Below, in pieces: positions 54,452 through 64,000 of a stretch of DNA of 64,000 nt. The position numbers and the translations under genes were made by a program. The notes under the pieces were generated by a model. The model was not told the origin of the DNA. It was given only the letters and a program-made list of their open reading frames with translations, and did not search any database. Origin of the DNA: Spirochaetota bacterium (lineage in GTDB: Bacteria > Spirochaetota > UBA6919 > CBDBPB01); the NCBI GenBank assembly GCA_965208615.1, contig CBDBPB010000004.1, positions 448,001 through 512,000 of the forward strand, read 5' to 3'. Position 1 is the first letter of the stretch. Every line of letters begins with the position of its first letter.

Positions 54452-55129
54452 ATGAATAGGCGATATAGTTTTAAAAAACGAATCAATAACAAAAATAAAA
54501 AAAAATCCCTCATAAAAAAAGTCTCTTTTGCACTTCTATTATCACTAATACCCATTGGGGTATCCGCTTTTATCCTGCACCATTCAAACTTGCTTAGTGA
54601 TATTTTTGAAAATAAAAATAAAAAAATTGTTAAAACGTTAAAAGATATTAAAAACTACAATGAATATGGCGAAAAAAAAACTAAGCCGGATAATTATTAT
54701 AATAAAGAAGTTATATACTTTTGCCAGATCCTTTCTGATAAAGTAAAACTAACTCCTATTAAAATAAATATTAAATATAATACTAATAAAATAGAAAAGT
54801 TTATGGATACCTTAATTAACCCTCCCAATAACTTGGACGCAAGTTATACCAGTCTAATACCTAAAGGTACCGACTTACTAAACTATAAGTTAAAAGATGG
54901 TTTGTTAATCCTTAACTTTAATGATAAGTTTTTACGCCTTTCTTACGGAGAAATAGGGAATAAATTTAAAGTTTCTCAGGTTGTATCTACCATGACCTCT
55001 ATTAAAGAGGTAGATAGAGTAACCTTTAGGATTAATGGTGAAAAGATTAAATATTTAGATTACGACGGTATTATCTTAAATAAATCTTTTACTAAAAACG
55101 ATATTCACTATCAGTTACCTTTAAATTAA
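54452..55129 (+). CDS. GerMN domain protein
   Basis: N-terminal TM helix, SLIPKGT, LNFN, QVVSTMT...VTFRING. Confidence 0.8.
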   Translation: MNRRYSFKKRINNKNKKKSLIKKVSFALLLSLIPIGVSAFILHHSNLLSDIFENKNKKIVKTLKDIKNYNEYGEKKTKPDNYYNKEVIYFCQILSDKVKLTPIKINIKYNTNKIEKFMDTLINPPNNLDASYTSLIPKGTDLLNYKLKDGLLILNFNDKFLRLSYGEIGNKFKVSQVVSTMTSIKEVDRVTFRINGEKIKYLDYDGIILNKSFTKNDIHYQLPLN

Positions 55130-55275
55130 CTTATAATAATTTTCAAAGTACATTTTTATAGCTATTATATAAAGTAAATAATATACTATTATTATAGTGT
55201 TAAAGATTAATAGTATAAAACCAAAGATATATAGTATTACTATAAAAAGTTAATCTAACTATATAGTCGATTATC

Positions 55276-56931
55276 ATGGACATAATAGAAAAATCCCCAT
55301 TAAATCAATATGATATAAAAGAATATTCTCCGCTAGTTTTTGAAAGGGTAATACAGTCAATTAATATAGAAGTTCCATACTCTTTTATAGCCACTATTAG
55401 CAAAGAATTCTCTATTAATTATGAAGAGCTTTCAATTAGCCTAAGCGATCCGTGGGAAATAAAAACTATACTAAAGCAAATCACTATAGGCAAATTAGAT
55501 AAGGCTATCAATAAAATATATTATACTCTAGATTCAAACTTTCATCTTAAGAATATGTCATTCAAACTGTTTAAGAAAACCCTATCTAAAGAACTATCCG
55601 AACTCGCTAAAATGGATAGTGAAATTATAAGTAAGAGAATAACCATTTTTAGTAAACTATCCCACTATCATTTCGGAAATATAAAAGAAATTTTGCTGTC
55701 TAAAACCCTTAAAGTAAAAAATAAAAAGTTTATAGATTTATATAGCTCTCTTCTAGAGGGATATGAACGTATTTTAATAGCTATCAAAAATAAAGGTATG
55801 AATCTTATAGATACAATTATAGCTTTCGATGAAATTAATTTTCCTTCTGAAGAAGAACTTATAAAGTTCTATGAGAAAAACCATTCCCTATTAGAAGGAA
55901 AATACTTAATTGATAAACTCGAAAATATCTCTATTCTAACTCGCCTTTTTTCCAATAGTAATAATATAGACGTTAGTATCTTTATTAAAGAAGTGCTTGT
56001 TAGTTGGAGAAATGAATATACTGATATTATCCGACATTCAAAAGAACTCAAAAAAATTGAAAAAGAAGAAGCTAAAAAAAAGAAAGTAGACTTTGACGAA
56101 GAACAAATTTATATATTATTTGATGAAATAATACCAAGACTACTTAAGAATAAGAGTTTAAAGTCTATTTTACTAGAAATTAAAAATAAATTTACCTCTC
56201 CAGAAGAAAAAAAACAGCTTAGCAATATACTAATAGCTATAAACACTCTAGAAAAAGATTTCATATATATTTTGCGACACGGAAAACCAGATAAACACTT
56301 TGGAAACTTTAATAAAAACTTATTCGAAAAAAAACCTTATCTTTATCTATCCGTTATATATAGAGCCTTCACAGCCAATAATATTGACTTCCTTGCCAAT
56401 ATATTAAAACATCATGAGGAAAACTACTTTTTAAGAATAGCAGCTAGAAAACTTATTTTTGCAAGAATGATGATGAATAGTCAAATAAAAAATCCAGTAA
56501 GCAAAAATAGAGTTATTGGCATCTTCTTAAGCTCCTTTGAAAAAATGATCCTAAATAAAGAAGAAGTTATAAATACACGAATAGAAACCCTTAAAAAACT
56601 TTCTAAGCTAATGATTAATGGTATCTCCGAACTGGGAGACTCTTTCGATGTACTATTAGGAGATCTATTTGTAAAAGTATTTACCGAGCTACTTGATGTA
56701 AACCTATTAAATAAATATATTCGTGCCAAAAAACTAAGTAAAAAAGAACTAGATAATATTGAGCTATTAAAATGCGGATTTAAACTATATAAAATAGTAT
56801 CCCTAGAAATGAGTAATAATATAAATAAATCAAGACTCCTAAAGCGTAGAAATGAATTTCAACTCATTAAAATAGAGAGAAAACTACTAAGTAATATTAA
56901 AAAAATACAAGCCTATGAAAATGTTCTATAA
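55276..56931 (+). CDS. Hypothetical 551-aa protein (distant paralog of 51701..53542)
   Basis: Long ORF; shared C-terminal pattern. Confidence 0.75.
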   Translation: MDIIEKSPLNQYDIKEYSPLVFERVIQSINIEVPYSFIATISKEFSINYEELSISLSDPWEIKTILKQITIGKLDKAINKIYYTLDSNFHLKNMSFKLFKKTLSKELSELAKMDSEIISKRITIFSKLSHYHFGNIKEILLSKTLKVKNKKFIDLYSSLLEGYERILIAIKNKGMNLIDTIIAFDEINFPSEEELIKFYEKNHSLLEGKYLIDKLENISILTRLFSNSNNIDVSIFIKEVLVSWRNEYTDIIRHSKELKKIEKEEAKKKKVDFDEEQIYILFDEIIPRLLKNKSLKSILLEIKNKFTSPEEKKQLSNILIAINTLEKDFIYILRHGKPDKHFGNFNKNLFEKKPYLYLSVIYRAFTANNIDFLANILKHHEENYFLRIAARKLIFARMMMNSQIKNPVSKNRVIGIFLSSFEKMILNKEEVINTRIETLKKLSKLMINGISELGDSFDVLLGDLFVKVFTELLDVNLLNKYIRAKKLSKKELDNIELLKCGFKLYKIVSLEMSNNINKSRLLKRRNEFQLIKIERKLLSNIKKIQAYENVL

Positions 56932-56954
56932 AATAACATTAATAAATATACAAT

Positions 56955-58745
56955 TTACTGTACTAACCTCTCCAAGTCGAATATTAGTTTTTCTATATAT
57001 AATAAGCTCTTTTCCCAAAAGCTTTTACTATTAATATTAACTCCCACAATCTTAGCAATATGAAAAGGACTCGCTGATGACCCCATAGATAAAAACTCTT
57101 TATACTTTGATATAAAAAACTTACCATCTTCTAAATACTTTTGATATAAGGCCATTACAAGCAAATTACCAAAATTATAAGCATATACATAAAAAGGAAC
57201 ATCGTATATATGAGGTATTGATGCCCATTCCCAATAATACTCATCCGTATAACGAACAGACCCTCCAAACATCATATTTAACTCTGATTTATATAGTTCA
57301 CAAAGCTCTTCCCAAGACATAAGCCTCTTTGATATTGTCTTATGTGCACTAATCTCAAAACGTGAAAACATATTTTGTCTATGACTAGTGGCAAAAATAC
57401 TTTCTAACTTATCCGTTAAGATAGCTTTTTTAGTTATAGGGTCACTTTCTTTTTTTAGAAGTAAGTCTGTTATTAGCATTTCAGAAAAAACTGAGGCAGT
57501 CTCAGCCAACGGTAAAATAGGATGATAGCTTAATAAGGTTTGTTTTGCAGAAAAGAAATCATGGATTGCATGTCCTAACTCATGAGCAAGAGTGAATATA
57601 TCCTGTTGTTTACCCAAAAAGTTAAGCATTACATAAGGCTTTAATCCTGGAGTTGAGCCATAACAAAACGCTCCACCCTTTTTTCCATGGCTAACAGGAG
57701 CATCTATACGATTATTATCAAACATAGCCTTAGCCATTTTATAAAAATCATCATCAAAATCAGAAAAACCCTCTAATACTATATCCTTTGCACTATCCCA
57801 CGAATAAAACTGCTGACTCTCAGGCATAGGTGCATAAATATCCGCAAGAGTCATGTCATCAAGGGATAGCATACTAGCCTTAAGCTTATAATAACGACTG
57901 ACCAACTTATAAGACTCAGTAGTAACCTCATGGAGTACATCAACAGACAAATCCTCAAGATCATTATTTATATTCATCATGCTAATTGCCGAGGGATAAC
58001 TACGTAAACCTAATTCAATACTATGATTTTTAACAATATTATTATAAATATGGCTTAGTATAAGCTTATTTTCTTTATACTTGCTAAAAAACAACTTCAT
58101 AGCCCGTCTTCTAATATCAGAGTTTGGATGCTGTCTTAATGCCCTAAGCTCACTATTATTCATAATTTTAGTTTCACCGTCCAGCTCAAACTCAAACCTA
58201 AAAGAAGACGTTAACTCACTATATAGCTTTCTAAAAGCCTTTACCCCAGATAAATCCTTTAGATTTATTATCTGTTCTTCTTTTTCCGATAAATTATATT
58301 TAGCAGTATCCCAGGTTCTTTTTAGCCTATATTTATATTTGTCAGAAAAGGAACTAAACTTATTAATCCTATCCTTAGGAAGCATGCCTAATTCAATATT
58401 AAAAAATACAATACTGTTTGATATATAAGCTATCTCCTCATCAACTCTGGCTCTCAACTGCTTTATACTGTTATTAGACGTGTCAGTGGCATAACTAAGA
58501 TAAGTATATTGAGAAAGCCTATACAAAGGGGATAACAAATCCTCTAACTCAACATAGGCACTCTCAATTTTATCAAGGGATAAACTGTTTAACTTGCCTT
58601 TATATTTAGAGATAAATATATTAGCCTTTTCTTTTGCCTCTTTTATTGTCAAGTCAATCTTTGGATCATCAATACCGCTAAATAAATCAGTTAATACCCA
58701 CCTAACATCATTTACACCAGTCCTATCTTTGGAACTATTATCCAT
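56955..58745 (-). CDS. pepF: M3B oligoendopeptidase F
   Basis: GKKGGAFC, TLAHELGHAIH, AETASVFSE, FYVYAY. Confidence 0.9.
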   Translation of the reverse strand: MDNSSKDRTGVNDVRWVLTDLFSGIDDPKIDLTIKEAKEKANIFISKYKGKLNSLSLDKIESAYVELEDLLSPLYRLSQYTYLSYATDTSNNSIKQLRARVDEEIAYISNSIVFFNIELGMLPKDRINKFSSFSDKYKYRLKRTWDTAKYNLSEKEEQIINLKDLSGVKAFRKLYSELTSSFRFEFELDGETKIMNNSELRALRQHPNSDIRRRAMKLFFSKYKENKLILSHIYNNIVKNHSIELGLRSYPSAISMMNINNDLEDLSVDVLHEVTTESYKLVSRYYKLKASMLSLDDMTLADIYAPMPESQQFYSWDSAKDIVLEGFSDFDDDFYKMAKAMFDNNRIDAPVSHGKKGGAFCYGSTPGLKPYVMLNFLGKQQDIFTLAHELGHAIHDFFSAKQTLLSYHPILPLAETASVFSEMLITDLLLKKESDPITKKAILTDKLESIFATSHRQNMFSRFEISAHKTISKRLMSWEELCELYKSELNMMFGGSVRYTDEYYWEWASIPHIYDVPFYVYAYNFGNLLVMALYQKYLEDGKFFISKYKEFLSMGSSASPFHIAKIVGVNINSKSFWEKSLLYIEKLIFDLERLVQ

Positions 58746-58806
58746 GCTATCCCCTATTTAAATAGTTATGATTATAAACATTAAGGTAAGAAAAATGTCT
58801 TAACAA

Positions 58807-58839
58807 ATATTAGTGTACCATAAAGTGATACACCAATAT
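58807..58839 (-). terminator. Intrinsic terminator after ilvC
   Basis: 14-bp stem with two G-U pairs on the minus strand, followed by TTGTT. Confidence 0.55.
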
Positions 58840-58848
58840 AAACAAATA

Positions 58849-59874
<1,026 letters not shown>

Positions 59875-59983
59875 CTAAATTATATGGATTATTCCTTTAA
59901 AGTAAAGAAAGTATAATAAGTTAAGGGAAAAAATCAAGTATCCATATAAAATCTTATTAAATAGTCTAATTTTTAGCTAAAAC

Positions 59984-60012
59984 TTGATCATTAATGTTTT
60001 TTTATATATATT
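59984..60012 (+). promoter_or_regulatory. Sigma-70-type promoter of the tRNA-Gln/tRNA-Ala pair
   Basis: TTGATC-N17-TATATT, ending 18 nt upstream of tRNA-Gln. Confidence 0.5.
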
Positions 60013-60030
60013 ATGTATTGATTTTATTAT

Positions 60031-60101
60031 TCTCCCCTTGTGTAATGGTAGCACGACAGGTTTTGGTCTTGTTTGTCGAGGTTCGAATCCTTGGGGGAGA
60101 G
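60031..60101 (+). tRNA. tRNA-Gln(TTG)
   Basis: TCTCCCC/GGGGAGA acceptor; ACAGG-TTTTGGT-CTTGT. Confidence 0.93.
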
Positions 60102-60112
60102 AATAAAATTAT

Positions 60113-60185
60113 GGGGGTGTAGCTCAGCTGGGAGAGCAACTGCCTTGCACGCAGTAGGTCAGGGGTTCAAATCCCCTCACCTCCA
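60113..60185 (+). tRNA. tRNA-Ala(TGC)
   Basis: G3:U70 acceptor pair; ACTGC-CTTGCAC-GCAGT. Confidence 0.95.
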
Positions 60186-60187
60186 AG

Positions 60188-60619
60188 TTATGATTTAATA
60201 TTAATTCCTCCATCTTGGTCTAGGTCAACATCAATGCTATCATTTTTTGTAGTATGGGCGGCTACTCTAGTCCAAGCTAGTTTAAGCTCGTTTAAATAAA
60301 CAATAACCTCTTTTAAAGGGTCAGACGATTTTTTAATATTCCCCTCTACTAGCTTCTTATTCATATAAGTATATAAACTATATAACTTATCGGCGAAGTC
60401 GCCAACATCAAAGTTTAATGATAACATCAACTCAGAAATAATGTCCTGAGCCTTTATAATGTTATTGTTAACTAAATCATACTTTTTATCAGGAAGACCA
60501 CTAAGAGCTATATTTAAAAACTTTATAGCTCCATCGTACAACATAACAATTAGCCTACCCTGATTAGCAGTTTTTACCTGTGTTTCTTTATAATGAGAAG
60601 AGGCATCCATTAGGTGCAA
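60188..60619 (-). CDS. fliS: Flagellar export chaperone FliS
   Basis: LIVMLYDGAIKFL, KAQDIISEL, LYSLYTYM. Confidence 0.95.
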   Translation of the reverse strand: MHLMDASSHYKETQVKTANQGRLIVMLYDGAIKFLNIALSGLPDKKYDLVNNNIIKAQDIISELMLSLNFDVGDFADKLYSLYTYMNKKLVEGNIKKSSDPLKEVIVYLNELKLAWTRVAAHTTKNDSIDVDLDQDGGINIKS

Positions 60620-60698
60620 CGTTCACTCCTTAATATATAAATTATAAGATAAAGTATTTCCCTAAGTTAAGGGCATTTAAGCTTTTTTAATAAATAGT

Positions 60699-60726
60699 TA
60701 ATCGGTTAAAACTAGATTGAGCTTTA
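60699..60726 (-). promoter_or_regulatory. Possible sigma-28 promoter upstream of fliS
   Basis: TAAA-N16-ACCGATTA versus consensus TAAA-N15/16-GCCGATAA. Confidence 0.3.
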
Positions 60727-60769
60727 ATTAAATCACTGAGTAGTTGTTCATTTCAATGATAATTTTAAA

Positions 60770-61615
60770 CTATGTACTAGATTTATCAAACTTATTTACT
60801 AGCTCAACTATCTTAGTAGTATCCAGCATCTCACCCCTTATATTAGGATTAATAGAGCAACTATCCAGTATATCAACAATAAAATCTTTATCAAAGTTAA
60901 TATACTTACTCTTATATAAAGAATTAAGAATAGTCTTTCTTCTATAAGAAAATATAGACCTAACTACATTAAAAAATAACTCTTTATTAAAGATCTCAAA
61001 TTGACTAGACTTATCAAAACGAATAACCATAGACCTAACCTTAGGAATAGGAAAAAATACGTTTTCACTAATCTCAAATAAAGCCTTTGGACTATAGTAT
61101 GCCTGGCAAAATACAGATATAGAGCTATATTCACTAGTTCCAGGAGCTGCTATCACCCTTTGACCAAACTCTTTTTGAACAGTAAATATCATTGAGTTAA
61201 TAAAATTAATATAGTTAAAACATTTTTCTAAAATAGGACTGGTAATATAATATGGTATGTTAGCCAATATCTTAGCAGGTGAGGTAATATATTTATCTAA
61301 GTCTGCTTTTAAAAAATCACTAGAGATAACCTTAACGTTATTATAATCCTTAAAGTTATCCCTTAATAGCTCTGCAAGCTTAAAATCAACTTCAAAAACA
61401 ATAATATTTGCTCCAGTTTCTAATATAGAAGATGTTAGATGCCCTAAACCGCCTCCAATCTCAATAACCAGATCATTAGGATTAATATTTGCCTCTTGAA
61501 CAAGCTTTTTTAATATATTTTTATCTATTAAGAAGTTTTGTCCTCTTTTTTTAGTCAAGTAAATTTTATTATCTTTTAGGTAGTTAGTAAGCTGTTGCCT
61601 TGAAAATGATATCAA
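60770..61615 (-). CDS. rsmA: 16S rRNA m6,6A1518/1519 dimethyltransferase
   Basis: GQNFLID, EIGGGLG, ANIPYYIT, FFPIPKVRS. Confidence 0.95.
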   Translation of the reverse strand: MISFSRQQLTNYLKDNKIYLTKKRGQNFLIDKNILKKLVQEANINPNDLVIEIGGGLGHLTSSILETGANIIVFEVDFKLAELLRDNFKDYNNVKVISSDFLKADLDKYITSPAKILANIPYYITSPILEKCFNYINFINSMIFTVQKEFGQRVIAAPGTSEYSSISVFCQAYYSPKALFEISENVFFPIPKVRSMVIRFDKSSQFEIFNKELFFNVVRSIFSYRRKTILNSLYKSKYINFDKDFIVDILDSCSINPNIRGEMLDTTKIVELVNKFDKSST

Positions 61616-61702
61616 TATACCCTCAAAACTATTGGTATTAATAAATTAATAGCTAATATTAGCATAAACTGTTGTTTATTGATTTATACAAAAGATATTG
61701 TT

Positions 61703-62746
61703 TTAAGAAATATATAGTAAAGTTAATACAATTGTTAATATCAAGAAAAACAAAGCCAATAATGTAATTATCAAAGACTTTTTTGATAATTTTTCGTCCT
61801 CCTCAGCTTCGCTTACAGAAGAAATAGTTGCTACTTTTACATCCTCACTCTCGGATACCTTTACTAATATATATGGAGCAATTAATATATGTATTTCGTG
61901 TCCCATATCATTTTTCTTATGGCTTATAACTTCTCCGGTAATAGTTTTCATAGTCTGGTTTTCTTTATCGTAAAAGGACAGCTTAGTTGCAATATTAATT
62001 GCCTTTTCAGTTTTTTCGGTAATGAGTACTTTAATATAATCCCCTTTGACAATAGCTTTTATATCCTTTCCATCAACAGGGGATAGTATTACCTTTCCAT
62101 CAATAATCATATTCCCCGCAAACTCATTACTATCTGTACTAAGGTCTTTTTTCTCTATTTGCTCTTTTAGTGATTCATTATTGTCCTGTTCAATGCGTAC
62201 AGTACTAATTAACTCAAAGTCCACAGAAGTTAGTTTTTCAGTATCGATTTGTATAGCAATATTATCTATACTGAACAACTCTTCTATAATTTTACTAAAA
62301 AGATTTGTTAATTTATCATAGTTGTCAAGCTTTATATACGATAATATATTCTCTATAGTATTACTAGTTATTCTATCAATAAATAGCTTGTTTATTGTAT
62401 CTAATGAGTTATTATCTAGTTCAACCTCAATAATATCCCTTATAGACCTTTCATGTATTTTCCAAGTTTCAAAAGGCTTAACCTTATATATATTGGGTAG
62501 TTTTCCTGTACAAATAACTAACCCCACAACAGAACTTAACTCAATGGATAAATATACAGAAAAAGCTCCAAAGTAATTCTCATCTCTATTTTTATACCTT
62601 GCCTTTATAATAACTATATCTCGATAACTGCCATTAACAACATCTCTAGCAAGATCCTCATTTTCTTTGGTATAACGACGGGCTATACGAAGTTTTTCTT
62701 CATAGGATAAGTTATCTTTAGGGTTACTGTCCATGGTTATTCGCAC
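61703..62746 (-). CDS. Hypothetical protein with C-terminal membrane anchor
   Basis: Long ORF; LSPVDGKDI...GDYIKV segment; hydrophobic C-terminus. Confidence 0.7.
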   Translation of the reverse strand: MRITMDSNPKDNLSYEEKLRIARRYTKENEDLARDVVNGSYRDIVIIKARYKNRDENYFGAFSVYLSIELSSVVGLVICTGKLPNIYKVKPFETWKIHERSIRDIIEVELDNNSLDTINKLFIDRITSNTIENILSYIKLDNYDKLTNLFSKIIEELFSIDNIAIQIDTEKLTSVDFELISTVRIEQDNNESLKEQIEKKDLSTDSNEFAGNMIIDGKVILSPVDGKDIKAIVKGDYIKVLITEKTEKAINIATKLSFYDKENQTMKTITGEVISHKKNDMGHEIHILIAPYILVKVSESEDVKVATISSVSEAEEDEKLSKKSLIITLLALFFLILTIVLTLLYIS

Positions 62747-62776
62747 TAATAATTTTTAATTAAGCCAAGTTTTTTT

Positions 62777-63712
62777 TTATTTTGATTGACTTATTAACCT
62801 TACAACACCTTTAACCCCTTTAGACCTTTCAATAACTTGAATTTTTTTTAAGCCTATAGCAAATTGATTTAATGTACTCTCTATCTTATTGATCTCTTCA
62901 TGGTATCCTAATAATATCATAACTTTTGTAACTATCCATTCAGCAATACCTTCCCAGAGTATTTTGCTAATTTGATGTATAAAATATTTACTCTGCCATA
63001 ACATAACGTATTCATAAGTCAAAACTGAAATAAAAGTACTAATATGCAATCCCTTTAAAATATAAATCGTATATTTATTTTCATTCATACTAAAAAAACT
63101 CGGATAAAGTTCATACTTTCTATCATTTTTAGCAGTTATCATTTTTCCCATAGCCATTTTATTTATGCCATATCTTATCTCAGTCTTAGTAAGCAATTTA
63201 ATAGATAAGTGTTCAATTATATCTAAATTCATTTTTTTGTCTAGTATATTAGCAACATTCATCAAAATATTATCTGCCACCTCTTCTGTTAGTATTGAGC
63301 AAGGCTGACAATCTTTACAAAGATAAAAACTATTTTCAACAAGCAATAACTTTTTAGCTCTGTCATTGGCAGGAAAACCACATCTAGAACACTTATATCT
63401 TAAACCTATACACCTTTTACAAAAAAAACCCTGAATACCATAAATAATACCTAAAGATCCACTTTCCAATTCACTATCACAACTTCCACAATGATATTTG
63501 TTAGAATAACAGTCCATACATATTCTCACTGACTCAAGTAAAACAGTTTTTGATGACGGTAATTTACAAATAAAACATTTATCGGACTTAGTAAAACAAT
63601 GATTGCAATAAATCTTTTTATATTTGTCATATCTATGATATTTGTTTTTTACGCTTTTATTACAAATATTACATTTTATAGTCTTATTTTCTACATCCAG
63701 CCCTGCTATCAT
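62777..63712 (-). CDS. LIM-like zinc-finger + DA1-type peptidase-like protein with degenerate HExxH
   Basis: Eight CxxC pairs; C-terminal IYILKGL...VLTYEYVMLWQ...WEGIAEW. Confidence 0.6.
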   Translation of the reverse strand: MIAGLDVENKTIKCNICNKSVKNKYHRYDKYKKIYCNHCFTKSDKCFICKLPSSKTVLLESVRICMDCYSNKYHCGSCDSELESGSLGIIYGIQGFFCKRCIGLRYKCSRCGFPANDRAKKLLLVENSFYLCKDCQPCSILTEEVADNILMNVANILDKKMNLDIIEHLSIKLLTKTEIRYGINKMAMGKMITAKNDRKYELYPSFFSMNENKYTIYILKGLHISTFISVLTYEYVMLWQSKYFIHQISKILWEGIAEWIVTKVMILLGYHEEINKIESTLNQFAIGLKKIQVIERSKGVKGVVRLISQSK

Positions 63713-63895
63713 TTATGCCTCCTTTATAGTATGATATTTATAAAGTATACACAGTTATATATTATAGTCTTTTAGCCTTAAGTCTTATAATCGGATGAAA
63801 TCAACAACTTGAAAGGGAAAAAATAATTGATTTTTTTCTTAATTTAATTACTTTTACATATAATCAGTAGAATGATAATAGAAAAGGTGCTAATA

Positions 63896-64000
63896 ATGAA
63901 AAAGTATGTTATTTATGCTATTATATTTACGCTTATAATTTTATGCGGCTATATAGTCTTTAAGCTTGCCTTTCCAACACAAAGTCAAAAACTATCAAGG
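63896..64000 (+). CDS. 5' fragment of an exported/membrane protein (runs off the window)
   Basis: MKKYVIYAIIFTLIILCG...; AAGGTG upstream. Confidence 0.55.
   Translation, partial: MKKYVIYAIIFTLIILCGYIVFKLAFPTQSQKLSR

Overview
AT-rich (roughly 30% GC by eye) bacterial chromosomal segment, most likely from a Spirochaetota member. This is inferred from the rplY-pth-tilS-ftsH order, an Hk2/Rrp2-like two-component pair, tRNA-Arg(GCG) and fliS. It is mostly housekeeping genes (secE-nusG-rplKAJL-rpoBC, glyA, ahcY, map, ilvC, rsmA, coaD, cobQ) plus seven tRNAs. Several essential genes are broken by single-base indels at homopolymers, which I treat as assembly errors. I found no CRISPR array, prophage or intact transposase. 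The most interesting unexplained signals are: (1) a ~370-nt intergenic element at 24.8-25.15 kb with six complementary segment pairs in a doubly crossing arrangement, part of which recurs inverted at 6.2-6.4 kb; (2) two unannotated ~50-aa proteins sharing a C-terminal SGxx[IL][DN]xTV motif; (3) a tandem paralog pair with identical DNA patches, different membrane anchors, basic tails and an in-frame TAG; (4) a serine-palmitoyltransferase-like gene; (5) eukaryote-like proteins (mosaic LRR, WD40, LIM/DA1-like with a degenerate active site); (6) two distantly paralogous ~600-aa orphan proteins.
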